From positions 384,001 to 448,000 of the forward strand of contig CAXXMV010000006.1 in the NCBI GenBank assembly GCA_963662285.2: a stretch of 64,000 nt of DNA, given 5' to 3'. The DNA comes from a bacterium. GTDB taxonomy: Bacteria; Hinthialibacterota; Hinthialibacteria; Hinthialibacterales; Hinthialibacteraceae. The notes under the pieces are model-generated. The model ran no database searches, had not been told where the DNA came from, and was given only the letters and a program-made list of their open reading frames with translations. Below, one piece after another: positions 40,678 through 50,170 of the stretch (its first letter is position 1; every line of letters begins with the position of its first letter). The translations under genes and the position numbers were made by a program.

Positions 40678-41973
40678 TCATCCCCCAATTTCCTGCATAA
40701 CAACTTCCGCCCAATCCCACAGCCGTTCAGGGTGATAACACACCGTAGAAATATCCTTCATGATGAATTCAATAGGCGCCTTGCCCTCAGATATATCCAG
40801 AATTTCACGAATCGCTTTAAGAGCCAGTTCGGGACGCCAGTCGTCTTCAACAAAGATGGCCGGGCTGGGTTTGATGCTATAAACTATCGAATCTTCGAAA
40901 CCTTCCACCATTTTGGCGAAGTTGCACCAGGGGCTGACCGAGACTTTCCTGAGCCGGGGAATCCGTTTAAGAATATCAATCTTGTTGTGTAGATGTTCGC
41001 AGCAGCCGTAGTAATTCAACCCCCAATGCTCCAACCAACGCATATCATGTTCGATGGCGAAATCCCAATGCATCTTTGGCGAGACGCTGGAGAAAATCTG
41101 CGAATTCGAACAGCCCCACATGTTATGCGGCTTGATATATGCGGGATCAAAATCCTCTCCCGGCAATTCTGAAGTATAACCGTATCCACCGGAACCGACG
41201 CGTACATTACTGCAATCCAATGCCAGTAAATTCTGTTCGACAAATTGATCTAATTCAATCATCCAGGCATCCACCAGCCGGTCTACCGCCGCATGAACCA
41301 GATCAGGTTCTTCACACAAAGCCATCATGGCATTCTCAACGCCCATCCACCGGATCAAATAATCCCAGGGCGTGAACCAGATATGGGTCTGCCCCATTTT
41401 CCTAACTGGAAGGATCCCTTCAAACACATCACAGAACGCTTGATATCTATAAGAGGTTGCTTCTTCATTATGAATCACCTCAGGCATCTGGATTTTATCC
41501 AGGTCTTTTAGGCAAGCGATCTGAATCTTAAAACGCCGTGAGACAATATCATTGGCTTCATCGGTTTTTGCAATGTCAGTATCTTCGATGATGCCGAAAT
41601 CCGTACTGTGTATAGCTAACGGGCACTCTATCCAGGGTGAGACAACCATGTCTCCCCGCATATGATCCCACTGATAAATTTCCCGACGCAAAAGCAGTTC
41701 TTGTTCCCTAGCCCATTCACCTTCACAGCGCAGCGTCAGTTCGTCGCCAAAATTCATTTCATGCCAAGGGATTTCATTAATCCAAACCATGGGGCGTTCA
41801 GGTTTAAGATCGTTGAGCAATCCCCAGAGATGAGCAGTGTGCTTATGGCAAGGCAGTGAAGCAATGTGGGCTTTTTTATCAGCTAATTCACGCAAGACCG
41901 AGCGGTCTTTATTTGAAACGGTTATTTCCCTGGCAAGAACCATCGGTGTGTAATGGCTGGGATCATGCAACAT
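40678..41973 (-). CDS. Uncharacterised UroD/MtaA-like (corrinoid methyltransferase-related) TIM-barrel protein
   Basis: ATG 41973 with GAGGA RBS. MGVENAMMAL.EEPDLVH, VSPKMHWDF and YYGCCEHL motifs resemble the UroD/MetE-like superfamily. Confidence 0.6.
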   Translation of the reverse strand: MLHDPSHYTPMVLAREITVSNKDRSVLRELADKKAHIASLPCHKHTAHLWGLLNDLKPERPMVWINEIPWHEMNFGDELTLRCEGEWAREQELLLRREIYQWDHMRGDMVVSPWIECPLAIHSTDFGIIEDTDIAKTDEANDIVSRRFKIQIACLKDLDKIQMPEVIHNEEATSYRYQAFCDVFEGILPVRKMGQTHIWFTPWDYLIRWMGVENAMMALCEEPDLVHAAVDRLVDAWMIELDQFVEQNLLALDCSNVRVGSGGYGYTSELPGEDFDPAYIKPHNMWGCSNSQIFSSVSPKMHWDFAIEHDMRWLEHWGLNYYGCCEHLHNKIDILKRIPRLRKVSVSPWCNFAKMVEGFEDSIVYSIKPSPAIFVEDDWRPELALKAIREILDISEGKAPIEFIMKDISTVCYHPERLWDWAEVVMQEIGG

Positions 41974-42084
41974 AAGATATTCCTCAATTATTGTATAGTC
42001 TGATATTGTTTGAAATATTCTAACATAACGATGTTCGGTTGAAAACAAAAGAATCTTATGCTTTTTCTTTTTCATGGAGTTTTT

Positions 42085-45000
42085 TTATTCGGCATGAATC
42101 TCCAGTCCGGATAAAATTGGAGTATATTTCTGATTACCTCCGGAGCGTTTTAAGGTAATCGTTAAATCATCTTTCACTTGAACGTTCTCAATAATTTTTA
42201 CGATGGAACCTTTTGCATTGCCGGTTTCTTTAACAATATCAAAATCTTTTAATCGCATCTCACCTTGTATGAGAACGTCGAAAATCCGGTCTCCTGCCTG
42301 AAGGTCTTCCGCTTCGAAGAAATGCAGCACGATTTTATATGGCTGGGATGTTGCGTGACTCCCGGTTACCTCATTAAAACGGTTGCCGAACTGATTTGTA
42401 TGAGCGTTATTTTCAAACGCCTTTATTTCTATGCTCTCTTCAGTATTGGAGGGTTGGAGAAAAGGCCGGATCACGAGCTCGAACTCACCGGAAATTCCAG
42501 AAGCGGATACCCAAAGGGCTGACGCATCATTTTCTTCAGAAAACAATGAGGAATGATGCCGGAAAATGGTTGGCGATACGTCTTTGATATGAATGGGAAT
42601 ATCCGGAGATGGTCCACCAACGCTGGGAAATTCAATCCACAATAGACCTTCGTCATTGAATCGATTACCGGCGGCGCCGAAATTTATTCCAAGATGCTTG
42701 ACTGGTCTTGGTTCTTTTGGAGTCGGGTAGTAATCAAAACTCCAACTTTCAACCGGGGGGAATTGATAAAAATCATCAGGCATATTTATTAATGCCAGCG
42801 AAGTCTGGTTTTGATACGAACAGGTGCAGGTACGGGTAAAATCGGGTGCGTTAAGCACGCCATCTGCGGCGACTAAATTGGAAGTACACCCGGAACGGAA
42901 TCCCCCTATGGTTGTTGTTTCTCCCTGGTTGGAAAGATCAACATAAGCCGCTGCCGCCGAACGGAAGGTTAAAAGGTGTTCGCTGGCGATGGCGGTATTG
43001 CATCCCTTAAAACGCACCCAACTCTGTGGAATTGCATCCCCTGTCAACGGATGGGTAGTTGTTACTATCTCGCCGGTAAGTAGATTGTAGACTTTTGCAG
43101 GAGATGCGGTTTGATTTGAACCGCCTGTTTGAGTGATAATTGTATCATGGTGCAGGATGCATGGTCCGGAATATTTATCGTTGTTCTTCCAGATAAGGTT
43201 GCCATTAGACGCATTCAATACAGACATGCCCTGGTCTATCTCATCGAAAGCACGATCACCGGAACGGCTTCCCGCCTGCAATAATAGATCATATTCTTTA
43301 GAATAACTCAACCAGGTTCCAAATACATTCTCCTCAACATTCCATATTTCCATGCCGGTTCTAATATCAAAAGCATGTATGGTTGAGTTATCTTTAATCG
43401 GTATTCCACGTCTTTTTGAAATATTTACTCTCTTATCTGTTATGGAATCTATGCAGAATAGTTTTCCATTCCCCGCGACAATAGCATTATGTCTATAATT
43501 AGAGACCGCTTTCCGTTCCCACAGCTTCTCACCGGAATAGCGGTTTAATGCAATGATATACTTGCTTCCCATACCAAACTGATTATTCGACATAACAACG
43601 AATTTCTTGTCATGCTCGAAGACATGCAAAGGAGATGCGCCTGCGATTAGCAAATCTTCGTAAACTCCGATATACCCCCAATTCTGGTTTTCTCCTTCTT
43701 CATCAACCGGAAGTTCAAACCGGTCTAGTACATCGCCGGTTGCCGGATCGAGAACAAGGCATGCATTTTCACAAACCAGATAAATTCGATCCTTGGTTGC
43801 AATAAAATTAGTACCGAAAGCATTGGCGCCGGGATAATGCCGTTGATTTCCTCCACGGTAAAAAGGATCGGGATTATAGGTATCAGTGTAATACATATCA
43901 AGCGTATTAAGTTCGGGAAATTCCCTGCGCCACAACACTCGCCCGGTATAAACATCCCGCGCGCTCAATACATTGATGCCTTCTATGAATAGACGGCCGC
44001 CAACGATTTGCTGCGGGGGGCCATGCCCGTGCCGGGGCAGCACATCCAAATTGGATGGACCGCCAAACCATAGCGGACCCAACGGCGCTTTTACGATACT
44101 ATCTTTTGAGCACACTGTATTGGCGATATCACCATATTGATGAGTCCATTCCGCCGAACCGGGCAATGCTCCCTCGCGCTTTAAAATCACAGTATTTTCT
44201 TTTAACTGGAATTTTGCATTGGGGAGTATGCTGGTTTTGGCTTGCGCCATAAATATACTGCGCAATGGGTCGGGTATGGAAAAATAAGCCGCGCCTCCGT
44301 AAGGACGCAAAACACTGAAGACCTGTTGCGCAAAATCAGGATTGCCAATCAATCCTGAATGGTTGATATCTTCTGATACAACCAAATTAGCCAGATATGG
44401 CGATATGGGAATAGACGCAATAGTTCCGTTTATTAGAGAGATGCGTGAGCCATACAATCCCAGGCGGTCAAATTTTTTACGTAGAGAATCCACTTTTCGG
44501 GGATCGGAATCAAAACCGATGATATTGAGATTGGTTTGGCGAATGAGTTCTTCCGCCAGGCGTCCTGTTCCCATGCCTAGAATTATGCAATATCCATCTT
44601 TTATACCTGTTTCTCGAAGCATATCTTTAGTCAAACGGGATAGGGGATCATTCTTTGGAAGCAGAGCCGCTGTTGTTCGCTTAAGAATAACGGGTTGCGT
44701 TGCCTTCGCTCCGAAACAGTATAAGAGTCCTTCTTTGGTGGTAACGAATAATTTCCTATTAGCAGCCGCCATGCTCCACGGTTCACCTTCAATAGGGCTT
44801 CGCCAAACGGTGGAAGGTTTTGCATTTTCCCCTTTTTCAGGAATTGCATAGGAACAGACGTGATCGTTTGATGCTCCATACAAACGGGAACCAGCCTTGA
44901 GAAAGACGCGATCAAACGCATTTTCGATTTTCCATAAATCAGAGAATCGAATGCGTTTTTGTTTTATGCCTTTTCGATCTGTATATTCGCTAATAACCGG

Positions 45001-46005
45001 TTCCACATCTCTTGCAATGATCGATTTGTCTGTATCTACTCCTAGTATGAAATCTGGAGTAAATATCGATACTGGATAGGAGGCTAAATATTCTCCATCT
45101 TCCATGTTATATATTCGACCATCGTTAAAAAACAATTTATCCCCGGCAATAAAATCGTATCCACCATATTTTGTTACCGCCTGATAATAAAGGAATTCTC
45201 CGGAATGACGGTCGTAACAAGCTGGAACCGAGCGTCCACCGGATACAAGCAGTTTGTCTCCGCTAATCCCCAGATATCCCTGCGGCGCCACTCCTGCGAA
45301 TGCCGGACTGTTATGGGGTTGCAAGGTGAAATCTGATCCGCTACGGCTATTAGTCCAAATAACCTGGCCGCTTGTAGCATCCACTGCATGGATAAAGGTT
45401 CCCATGAAGGGCCATATACTGGCAGCGAAATAAATAATCCCATCGGCAAGCACCGGGCCTCCCCGCGCCGGCCACATGGAAATCACCCTTTCGTTACCGA
45501 GTAGTCTATAATCGGAGGGACTGCCTTGAAATTTCCATTGCAAGACGCCGTCTTCAGCATTAAGGCAATAAAGATAACTATCGTCAGAAATGAAGTAGAC
45601 TTTTCCTTGCCAGGCGACCGGAGCGAACCGGACAGGACCCTCTGCATAAAAGGTCCACTTTTCACGCCCAGTTTCCGTATCGAACGCCATTAAACAATCA
45701 CGAACCATTGAAGAGATGAAAAGAGTATCTCCTATAACGATTGGTTCATAGGAAGCGTCGAACTGCATGCGGTATTCTGAACTTGGCCAACATGATTTCG
45801 GCGTATCCAGGCGCCTGACCCATTGCAGGTATAGATCATCATGCAATTCTTCCGGCGAGTTGGCCGTTCGACCGGCGTCGAAATGCCTCATAGGCCAGTC
45901 TTCGGCATAAATGGGAATAATAGATGCAAGCCCGATAAAAAGAATCAACAAATAACGAAACTTTTGTTGAAATATTCTAGATGTAATTCTTATTTGTCCA
46001 ACCAT
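42085..46005 (-). CDS. Secreted PQQ-like (BamB-type) beta-propeller protein with a central SAM-methyltransferase-like domain and a C-terminal malectin domain
   Basis: DWPM..FDAGRT and repeated A.D..TG...W blades. GYCIILGMGTGRL...GFDSD...VLRPYGG MTase-like core. LHFFE.....GDRIFDVLIQG....DFDIVKE malectin signature. Confidence 0.8.
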   Translation of the reverse strand: MVGQIRITSRIFQQKFRYLLILFIGLASIIPIYAEDWPMRHFDAGRTANSPEELHDDLYLQWVRRLDTPKSCWPSSEYRMQFDASYEPIVIGDTLFISSMVRDCLMAFDTETGREKWTFYAEGPVRFAPVAWQGKVYFISDDSYLYCLNAEDGVLQWKFQGSPSDYRLLGNERVISMWPARGGPVLADGIIYFAASIWPFMGTFIHAVDATSGQVIWTNSRSGSDFTLQPHNSPAFAGVAPQGYLGISGDKLLVSGGRSVPACYDRHSGEFLYYQAVTKYGGYDFIAGDKLFFNDGRIYNMEDGEYLASYPVSIFTPDFILGVDTDKSIIARDVEPVISEYTDRKGIKQKRIRFSDLWKIENAFDRVFLKAGSRLYGASNDHVCSYAIPEKGENAKPSTVWRSPIEGEPWSMAAANRKLFVTTKEGLLYCFGAKATQPVILKRTTAALLPKNDPLSRLTKDMLRETGIKDGYCIILGMGTGRLAEELIRQTNLNIIGFDSDPRKVDSLRKKFDRLGLYGSRISLINGTIASIPISPYLANLVVSEDINHSGLIGNPDFAQQVFSVLRPYGGAAYFSIPDPLRSIFMAQAKTSILPNAKFQLKENTVILKREGALPGSAEWTHQYGDIANTVCSKDSIVKAPLGPLWFGGPSNLDVLPRHGHGPPQQIVGGRLFIEGINVLSARDVYTGRVLWRREFPELNTLDMYYTDTYNPDPFYRGGNQRHYPGANAFGTNFIATKDRIYLVCENACLVLDPATGDVLDRFELPVDEEGENQNWGYIGVYEDLLIAGASPLHVFEHDKKFVVMSNNQFGMGSKYIIALNRYSGEKLWERKAVSNYRHNAIVAGNGKLFCIDSITDKRVNISKRRGIPIKDNSTIHAFDIRTGMEIWNVEENVFGTWLSYSKEYDLLLQAGSRSGDRAFDEIDQGMSVLNASNGNLIWKNNDKYSGPCILHHDTIITQTGGSNQTASPAKVYNLLTGEIVTTTHPLTGDAIPQSWVRFKGCNTAIASEHLLTFRSAAAAYVDLSNQGETTTIGGFRSGCTSNLVAADGVLNAPDFTRTCTCSYQNQTSLALINMPDDFYQFPPVESWSFDYYPTPKEPRPVKHLGINFGAAGNRFNDEGLLWIEFPSVGGPSPDIPIHIKDVSPTIFRHHSSLFSEENDASALWVSASGISGEFELVIRPFLQPSNTEESIEIKAFENNAHTNQFGNRFNEVTGSHATSQPYKIVLHFFEAEDLQAGDRIFDVLIQGEMRLKDFDIVKETGNAKGSIVKIIENVQVKDDLTITLKRSGGNQKYTPILSGLEIHAE

Positions 46006-46047
46006 TTTGTCTTTTTCTAATTTGATGTTTTTTAAGCCGAATCACTA

Positions 46048-46077
46048 AATTCATTGATAAGCGGCTATCAATGAATT
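46048..46077. other. Perfect 12-bp inverted repeat in the intergenic region
   Basis: AATTCATTGATA-AGCGGC-TATCAATGAATT. Could be an operator, an RNA hairpin or a repeat. Confidence 0.5.
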
Positions 46078-46174
46078 GGGGAGTAAGCATAATTGCTCTA
46101 CATCAATCCTAATCTCATAGATACGGCTAGGCAAGATTGATATCTTACCCGGCCTTTTATATATTTTGGATTAT

Positions 46175-49100
46175 CTAGAACAGATGCCAATTCATAACTT
46201 TGGTATCTTCTTGAAACTCATAGGCTCCGATATCCGGCGCAATACTATAAGGGCGTTGGTTTCCGATGTAATCAACCAGTACATCAGTAGCGATCCCGGA
46301 ATCAATAAGTGGGGAAGTTACCGAAAGACTGACATTCAGGTTTGGCATATCTTGAAATTCCGGATTGATTGAAAAGTTAGTTTCAACCAGACTAGAAGGC
46401 AATTGCATCAAGTTGGAATGGCTTAATGTTGCTATTGAAATTCCATCAACCTGTAGGCTCTGTTCGGAATCCCAGATTATACAATTTATAATCTCTCCGG
46501 TTCCGCCTCCTTGATTGGGATTCTTTTCATAGATCCCGATGCCCGTCTTGCAGGAAACAATTGTGTTATGAATGATTTGCGCAACGCATTCATCTTTGAT
46601 CGCGATGCCAATTGCGCAACCGGCAATCACCGTATTGATAACCGAAGGAGTACTGCTTCCTTCAAGTGAGATTCCCTTATCTGCGCAATTTTCAATCCAG
46701 TTTCTTTCCATCAGCGGCGAAGAAAAGCCCAAATCAATTCCATCATCTTCAGAGCCTGAAATGACATTTCCACGAATCACGGAACCGCTTCCTAGTTCAC
46801 CATCAAAGTCGATAGCGTCACTGTACCCTATCGTATTCTCGAAGCGGTTGTTCTCTACAATGCTGAAGCAGTTACTGCAATGCAGCATCTCGCCTAAATT
46901 GAGAAATCGGTTTGCGCGAATGGTTAAATACGAATTGTGCGCCTCAATTCCGGCGCCTGCGCCATTGCCGAGTGAGATATCATGGATGAAACATCCAACG
47001 ACCTCTATGGTGCTGTCGTTAATTGTAATCGCAGCGGGATACTGTTTATTATTGTATCCGGTTGGACTGGTTTGGGTTAATTCTGCATAATGAATTCTGA
47101 CCGTTCCAACTGCTCTTTCTACAGCGATCACGCCCCAATTTTGTTCTGGATTCTCTGGAAGAAAACGTACCGGATGGTCTTCTTCTCCATTCACGATCAG
47201 AGTTCCGTAAACAATAATTGAAGCAGCTGGCGCCATCTTAAACGTAATACCCGGTTCGATTGTCAATGAACTTGTCGAGGGAATGATAATATTCCGATCA
47301 ACCGTTATCGGGCTTTGATCTGTCGTCCAGATTTCATCTCCTTGGATTTCCCACTCATCTCCAACTGGTTCAGATTGCCAATTGACAACAACATCCGTTG
47401 CTTCGAGAATCTGACCACCCGCATTCAAAGCTTCGATATGAAATGAATTTTTGCCCGGTTGAAGAGTATAGGGATACGTCCATTCCGCTTTCCAGGGGAC
47501 ATAGTTAACCGGTGCGCCGTTAACGTGTACCGAGTAAGTCAGAATCGCGTTGGCATTGCCTTTTACTTCAATATTCCTTGCTTCTTTAGTCGCTCCGTCA
47601 AGTTGCGCCGCCAATGAAAAATCGGAACTGTTTAAATCTACATTAGCGCCAAAAAGCGCCAGAACATTCTCGCCCTTCACGAGCAAGGCGGAAGCATTAT
47701 CAATGGAGAAAGATTCGGGGCTTTGCGCTTCATGATTTCCATCCGCAAAAGAGTTGAATGTTGGCGTCATCGAGTAATTGTTACGTGCGACTTCCGTTCC
47801 ATTCAAATAAGCCACAAAGCCATCATCATATAAAACGTGTAAAATTAAACTCGTTAAATTTTCAGGATCTTCGATTTGAAACGTTTTACGAATAAAAACC
47901 GTCGAATATTGATTCTGCATATCATTTAGAATAGTACGGTCATCGTTGTCTCCGTATCCAATGCCGATGGGGCCGGATTCCCATGAAGAATCATCGAATC
48001 CAATTTGATTCCAATCAGCAGGTAAAGCCTGTTGTCCACGGAAAAAGCGCCATTGCGCTCCATCGGGGATAACTACCAATCCACTTTCCATACTGACTTC
48101 AGCAGTTAGCGAGCGTGGGATTGACGATTGAATGAAATCCCTTAATTCTCTTGAAACTTGTTTCATATCGTTGCGGACATCTTCATTCGCAACTGAAGAT
48201 GTCCGGTCGATTATGGCATCCATTTTTTCCTGAGTAATTTCATTATCGAGGATGCTGGCCAATTCCGCATAATAAAACCGTGCTATACCTGGATGGGTTA
48301 GAAAACGATAGATGGCTGGAGTATCGTATTGAAAAATTGGTCGGAACGGCCGGATAATAACACTATCCAGATCCCAGGGTAACAGATAGAACAGATCATC
48401 ATTTGGATTGTTATACATATAGTAATCATCTCCCCGTTCTTTGGAGAGACCGCCTTCGAGATCATTAAGTATTTTCTTGAGAGCAAACCAGCGAAGCCAT
48501 TGATGAACATTGATATTCTGTTGCAATGCCTCAACAAACTGGTCGTCGCTTGTCGTGGAGAACGCGGTGCATAATCGGATAACATCGGAATAATCATCTT
48601 CCAGTGCGTTGGTGATTTTTTCGTAGTTGGATCGATACCGATTGGGATCATCGCCCCGGTAATCCAGATTGGCTTCTTCTATACCCCGGTACAGATTGCC
48701 GCTTTCATCCCCGAATTGACGACCCATCATGTCTTTATCGGTTCGTTCCATTTCAATGTAATTGGGAACAAATTTCTTGTTGAATACCAGCGAAACAAAT
48801 TGCGTGTTTGGCGCTGGCAGTTGAAGAAGCTTAAAACATTCCATGCCCACATACTGACGATGCGGTTCTATCGCATTTAGATTAAGTTTACGAACTGTAT
48901 CGAAATAATGGCTTAGAGAAAAATTTACGCGGTACGATTTAGGTTCTTTTCCTCTCGAACCTTTACCGCGGAATCGCACGCCGACGTTATAGTAGATAGC
49001 ATCATTATAAATGAATGAAGAATCAAGTTCTTCATTACTCTGTGCAGAGCGGGTGCGCAATGTACGCTCATCTTCATCCCGCATAATAATGCGATACAGT

Positions 49101-50026
49101 GGTATATCGGTGTTATAGACTGTATCATCAACTCGATATATTGCTGGCCGGTCCTCGCCTTGGATCGGAAAGAATCCACTATTCAAATCTGTATCAATCG
49201 CTTCAATATAAAATTCAACAACGCTTCCCGTGGTTTGAGCGGGAATATTTGTTCCCCAAATACTATCCTTGGCGGAACCATCGTTATGTTTACCATCATC
49301 GTACATTTCCGATGTTATAAAGAGAGTTTCCTGCTCGAGTTTGAACCATACATTGGCTTCTTGAATAGGTAGGGGATGATCCATCTGGCAGATAATGGTT
49401 ACTGTATCACCGCTTGTTGGCGATACAGGACTTTGGGTAACATCTTTTACAATAGGAAATGGTGAAGGAACCATTGAAGAGTTTGGTTTACCTGGAGTAC
49501 CTCCAATCGGTCCTTTCCGCCAACTTTCAGGTCGGTTGCTAGACATAAATGGATTTATTCGTTCGATTGATGCGCCCAATCCATCCGCTTCAGGCGGCCA
49601 TCCTCCTTCATCACGATATAAAACACTATCCACCATTTCATGTAAATCATTGAGTAAACTAATAGTCTCGCCGTCGTTGCTTAATTTCCCCTTGAAGGGT
49701 CCAAATGCAGAAATGTCAGGATAAAGTTTTTGCATTGCGACAGGTGATGCGGATACAACTAAGTAGCCCGCAGCTGGAAAAATAGTGTCCGGTGGAAAAG
49801 CAAACCGGATACCTTCATCGATTTGCCAGTTCGATATATCCACATCACTCGTAGTCGGATTGAACAACTCAATGTATTCATCATCATTATCCAGGGAAGA
49901 TGGATAATACATGATTTCATTAATGACAATTTGAGCATTGCTTGTAGAGACAAATATAATAGAAACCACAAAAATCAGGGGAAAAAGACGCATGACTGGA
50001 TGTTTCCTCTCGATATTTCGATACAT
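46175..50026 (-). CDS. Secreted lamin-tail domain / CotH kinase family / beta-sandwich / beta-helix protein with C-terminal W-motif tag
   Basis: IVINEIMY...EYIELFN LTD. GVRFRGKGSR...KSYRVNF and LPWDLD CotH motifs. DDGIDL beta-helix and RP...PDIGAYE. Ends VMNWHLF. Confidence 0.85.
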   Translation of the reverse strand: MYRNIERKHPVMRLFPLIFVVSIIFVSTSNAQIVINEIMYYPSSLDNDDEYIELFNPTTSDVDISNWQIDEGIRFAFPPDTIFPAAGYLVVSASPVAMQKLYPDISAFGPFKGKLSNDGETISLLNDLHEMVDSVLYRDEGGWPPEADGLGASIERINPFMSSNRPESWRKGPIGGTPGKPNSSMVPSPFPIVKDVTQSPVSPTSGDTVTIICQMDHPLPIQEANVWFKLEQETLFITSEMYDDGKHNDGSAKDSIWGTNIPAQTTGSVVEFYIEAIDTDLNSGFFPIQGEDRPAIYRVDDTVYNTDIPLYRIIMRDEDERTLRTRSAQSNEELDSSFIYNDAIYYNVGVRFRGKGSRGKEPKSYRVNFSLSHYFDTVRKLNLNAIEPHRQYVGMECFKLLQLPAPNTQFVSLVFNKKFVPNYIEMERTDKDMMGRQFGDESGNLYRGIEEANLDYRGDDPNRYRSNYEKITNALEDDYSDVIRLCTAFSTTSDDQFVEALQQNINVHQWLRWFALKKILNDLEGGLSKERGDDYYMYNNPNDDLFYLLPWDLDSVIIRPFRPIFQYDTPAIYRFLTHPGIARFYYAELASILDNEITQEKMDAIIDRTSSVANEDVRNDMKQVSRELRDFIQSSIPRSLTAEVSMESGLVVIPDGAQWRFFRGQQALPADWNQIGFDDSSWESGPIGIGYGDNDDRTILNDMQNQYSTVFIRKTFQIEDPENLTSLILHVLYDDGFVAYLNGTEVARNNYSMTPTFNSFADGNHEAQSPESFSIDNASALLVKGENVLALFGANVDLNSSDFSLAAQLDGATKEARNIEVKGNANAILTYSVHVNGAPVNYVPWKAEWTYPYTLQPGKNSFHIEALNAGGQILEATDVVVNWQSEPVGDEWEIQGDEIWTTDQSPITVDRNIIIPSTSSLTIEPGITFKMAPAASIIVYGTLIVNGEEDHPVRFLPENPEQNWGVIAVERAVGTVRIHYAELTQTSPTGYNNKQYPAAITINDSTIEVVGCFIHDISLGNGAGAGIEAHNSYLTIRANRFLNLGEMLHCSNCFSIVENNRFENTIGYSDAIDFDGELGSGSVIRGNVISGSEDDGIDLGFSSPLMERNWIENCADKGISLEGSSTPSVINTVIAGCAIGIAIKDECVAQIIHNTIVSCKTGIGIYEKNPNQGGGTGEIINCIIWDSEQSLQVDGISIATLSHSNLMQLPSSLVETNFSINPEFQDMPNLNVSLSVTSPLIDSGIATDVLVDYIGNQRPYSIAPDIGAYEFQEDTKVMNWHLF

Positions 50027-50050
50027 GGAATACTCCTGGATATACTTTGA

Positions 50051-50080
50051 AAACGGGGCAGACGAAGAGACGCCTGCCCC
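50051..50080 (-). terminator. Putative intrinsic terminator or attenuator between the 880-aa gene and the CotH gene
   Basis: Minus strand GGGGCAGGCG-TCTCTT-CGTCTGCCCC followed by GTTTTC. Confidence 0.55.
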
Positions 50081-50170
50081 TTAATAAAGTATATCAAGAA
50101 ATTAGTAATACATCGACCAATTTGTTCTCTCCAGAAAATAGATTCTGCATCATCAGCGAAATTACTAAAT

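Noticed and set aside
46175-46204. C-terminal aromatic motif as a BamA beta-signal
   Set aside because: The four tagged proteins are soluble propeller, sandwich or beta-helix proteins without a TM beta-barrel, and one has Glu after the aromatic residue.
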